A stretch of DNA of 53,649 nt from Nitrospirae bacterium CG02_land_8_20_14_3_00_41_53 (GTDB lineage Bacteria; Nitrospirota; Thermodesulfovibrionia; Thermodesulfovibrionales; SM23-35), in assembly GCA_002780895.1 (NCBI GenBank), contig PEUB01000123.1, forward strand, positions 1-53,649. Direction: 5' to 3'. Position numbers and translations under genes: made by a program. The notes under the pieces were generated by a model, which saw only the letters and a list, made by a program, of their open reading frames with translations, was not told the origin of the DNA and did no database searches. Below, in pieces: positions 52,907 through 53,649 of the stretch. How positions within the stretch are numbered: the stretch's first letter is position 1; each line of letters opens with the position of its first letter.

Positions 52907-53649
52907 ATGGTGTCTGAGATGAAATATCAAAGAAATATATATGTTTTATCAATAATAGTCCTATTATATTTAGTCTTGGTATACAGTTCCGGCGATGCCC
53001 AAACCGGCCCATGTGTCAACTGCCATACAATGCATAACAGCCAGAATGGTACGGCGATGGCTACATATGGTGCTGATGGCAAGCCATGGAAAGGAACAGG
53101 TCCGTATGGGGCGCTTGTCCGTGGAGACTGTCTTGGATGTCATGGAATTGGAACGAGTAAGATCGTAACCATAGGTGGCAGTGATATACCTCAGGTCTAT
53201 CACACAGATGCTACGGATTTAGCAGGTGGAAATTTTGCCTATATCACAGGGGCTAAATCACGGGTAACCGCTGATCAGAATACCGCAGGTCATAATGTAA
53301 AGGATGTAGGTACTAATGATTCAAATCTAAACACTCCACCTGGCCTTTTACCAGAAGGCGGCCATGATAAGATTATTAATGATACAAACTTAACATGTGC
53401 CGGATATATTGGTTGCCACGGTAAACGCAACATGGAGGACAGCAACGCAACAGGGATACCCAAGTTAAAAGGTGCTCACCATAATAATGTAGATGGTAAG
53501 TGCGAAACTGCAGATACTGTAGCAAATAGTTACAGATTCTTATTAGGTGTGAAAGGTCTTGAAAATACAGGTACTTATAAATGGCAGAATTATAATGCTA
53601 CTAATCATAATGAGTATTTTGGTGCAATTACCCCGGACGCAGCTTCTTG
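52907..53649 (+). CDS. Secreted c-type (multihaem-like) cytochrome, 5' part (continues beyond the window)
   Basis: Own translation: MVSEMKYQRNIYVLSIIVLLYLVLVYSSGDAQTGPCVNCHTMHNSQ...GDCLGCHGIG...TCAGYIGCHGK...KGAHHNN. A signal peptide and two CxxCH haem motifs, plus a C(x5)CH-like site. The frame is open to the window end and absent from the ORF track. Confidence 0.7.
   Translation, partial: MVSEMKYQRNIYVLSIIVLLYLVLVYSSGDAQTGPCVNCHTMHNSQNGTAMATYGADGKPWKGTGPYGALVRGDCLGCHGIGTSKIVTIGGSDIPQVYHTDATDLAGGNFAYITGAKSRVTADQNTAGHNVKDVGTNDSNLNTPPGLLPEGGHDKIINDTNLTCAGYIGCHGKRNMEDSNATGIPKLKGAHHNNVDGKCETADTVANSYRFLLGVKGLENTGTYKWQNYNATNHNEYFGAITPDAAS

Noticed and set aside
1-53649. Mobile genetic element, prophage or defence island
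   Set aside because: I found no integrase, transposase, phage structural genes, restriction-modification, cas or other recognisable defence genes. tRNA-Leu at 9964 has no adjacent integrase or direct repeat of its 3' end.

Overview
A 53.6-kb, AT-rich (about 40% GC by eye), densely coding bacterial chromosomal segment. I saw no transposase, integrase, CRISPR array or recognisable defence operon.

Gene content:
- Positions 1-31 kb hold housekeeping genes: a tusA-like fragment, rtcA, class II fba, malic enzyme, a LOG-family gene, rnj, uppP, ftsK, tRNA-Leu(GAG), a SurA-N/PpiD-like gene, a NUDIX gene, hfq-miaA-mutL, proA-nadD-rsfS, a lapA/lapB-like fusion, leuS-lptE-holA, rpsT, a deoxyhypusine-synthase-like gene, PolX, a DHH-CBS-CCA/polyA polymerase fusion, ETF-QO, an MTH1187-like gene and HU.
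- Positions 31.3-50.6 kb hold a complete dcw cluster: mraZ-rsmH-ftsL-ftsI-murE-murF-mraY-(S11 DD-carboxypeptidase)-murD-ftsW-murG-murC-murB-ddl-ftsQ-ftsA-ftsZ. It has a textbook promoter and MraZ boxes.
- After ftsZ come vapBC, an ADP-ribosylglycohydrolase, and the 5' part of a c-type cytochrome that is absent from the ORF track.

The unusual signal is not a gene cassette. It is two classes of short dispersed repeats lying inside, and in frame with, essential genes:
1. Palindromes of about 45 nt built from C6/G6 runs (consensus AATCCCCCCTCACCCCCCTTTAGTAAAGGGGGGATGGGGGGATT). There are 12 loci in 9 genes, 8 of them in the dcw cluster. They are always translated as PPxPP(F/L)xKGGxGG, whichever strand the gene is on.
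2. Tandem heptanucleotide arrays in several recurring unit families (caaaatt, aaaagtg, gtcagaa, gcaaaga and others), at about 17 loci. They encode 7-residue periodic peptides, signal-peptide cores and protein termini, and often sit exactly on gene junctions.

MurD alone carries five such inserts, about 110 extra residues in total.

Other observations:
- A structured 64-72 nt repeat family (GTCAT...GGTGAC) shows compensatory stem changes between two copies.
- rsmH and rsfS have conserved N-termini that lie upstream of the first canonical start codon. In each, a Shine-Dalgarno sequence is correctly spaced before ATA or TTA.
- ETF-QO has a codon usage different from its neighbours.
- Several perfect intercistronic stem-loops are present.

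All calls come from reading the sequence and from remembered family motifs. No database search was run.
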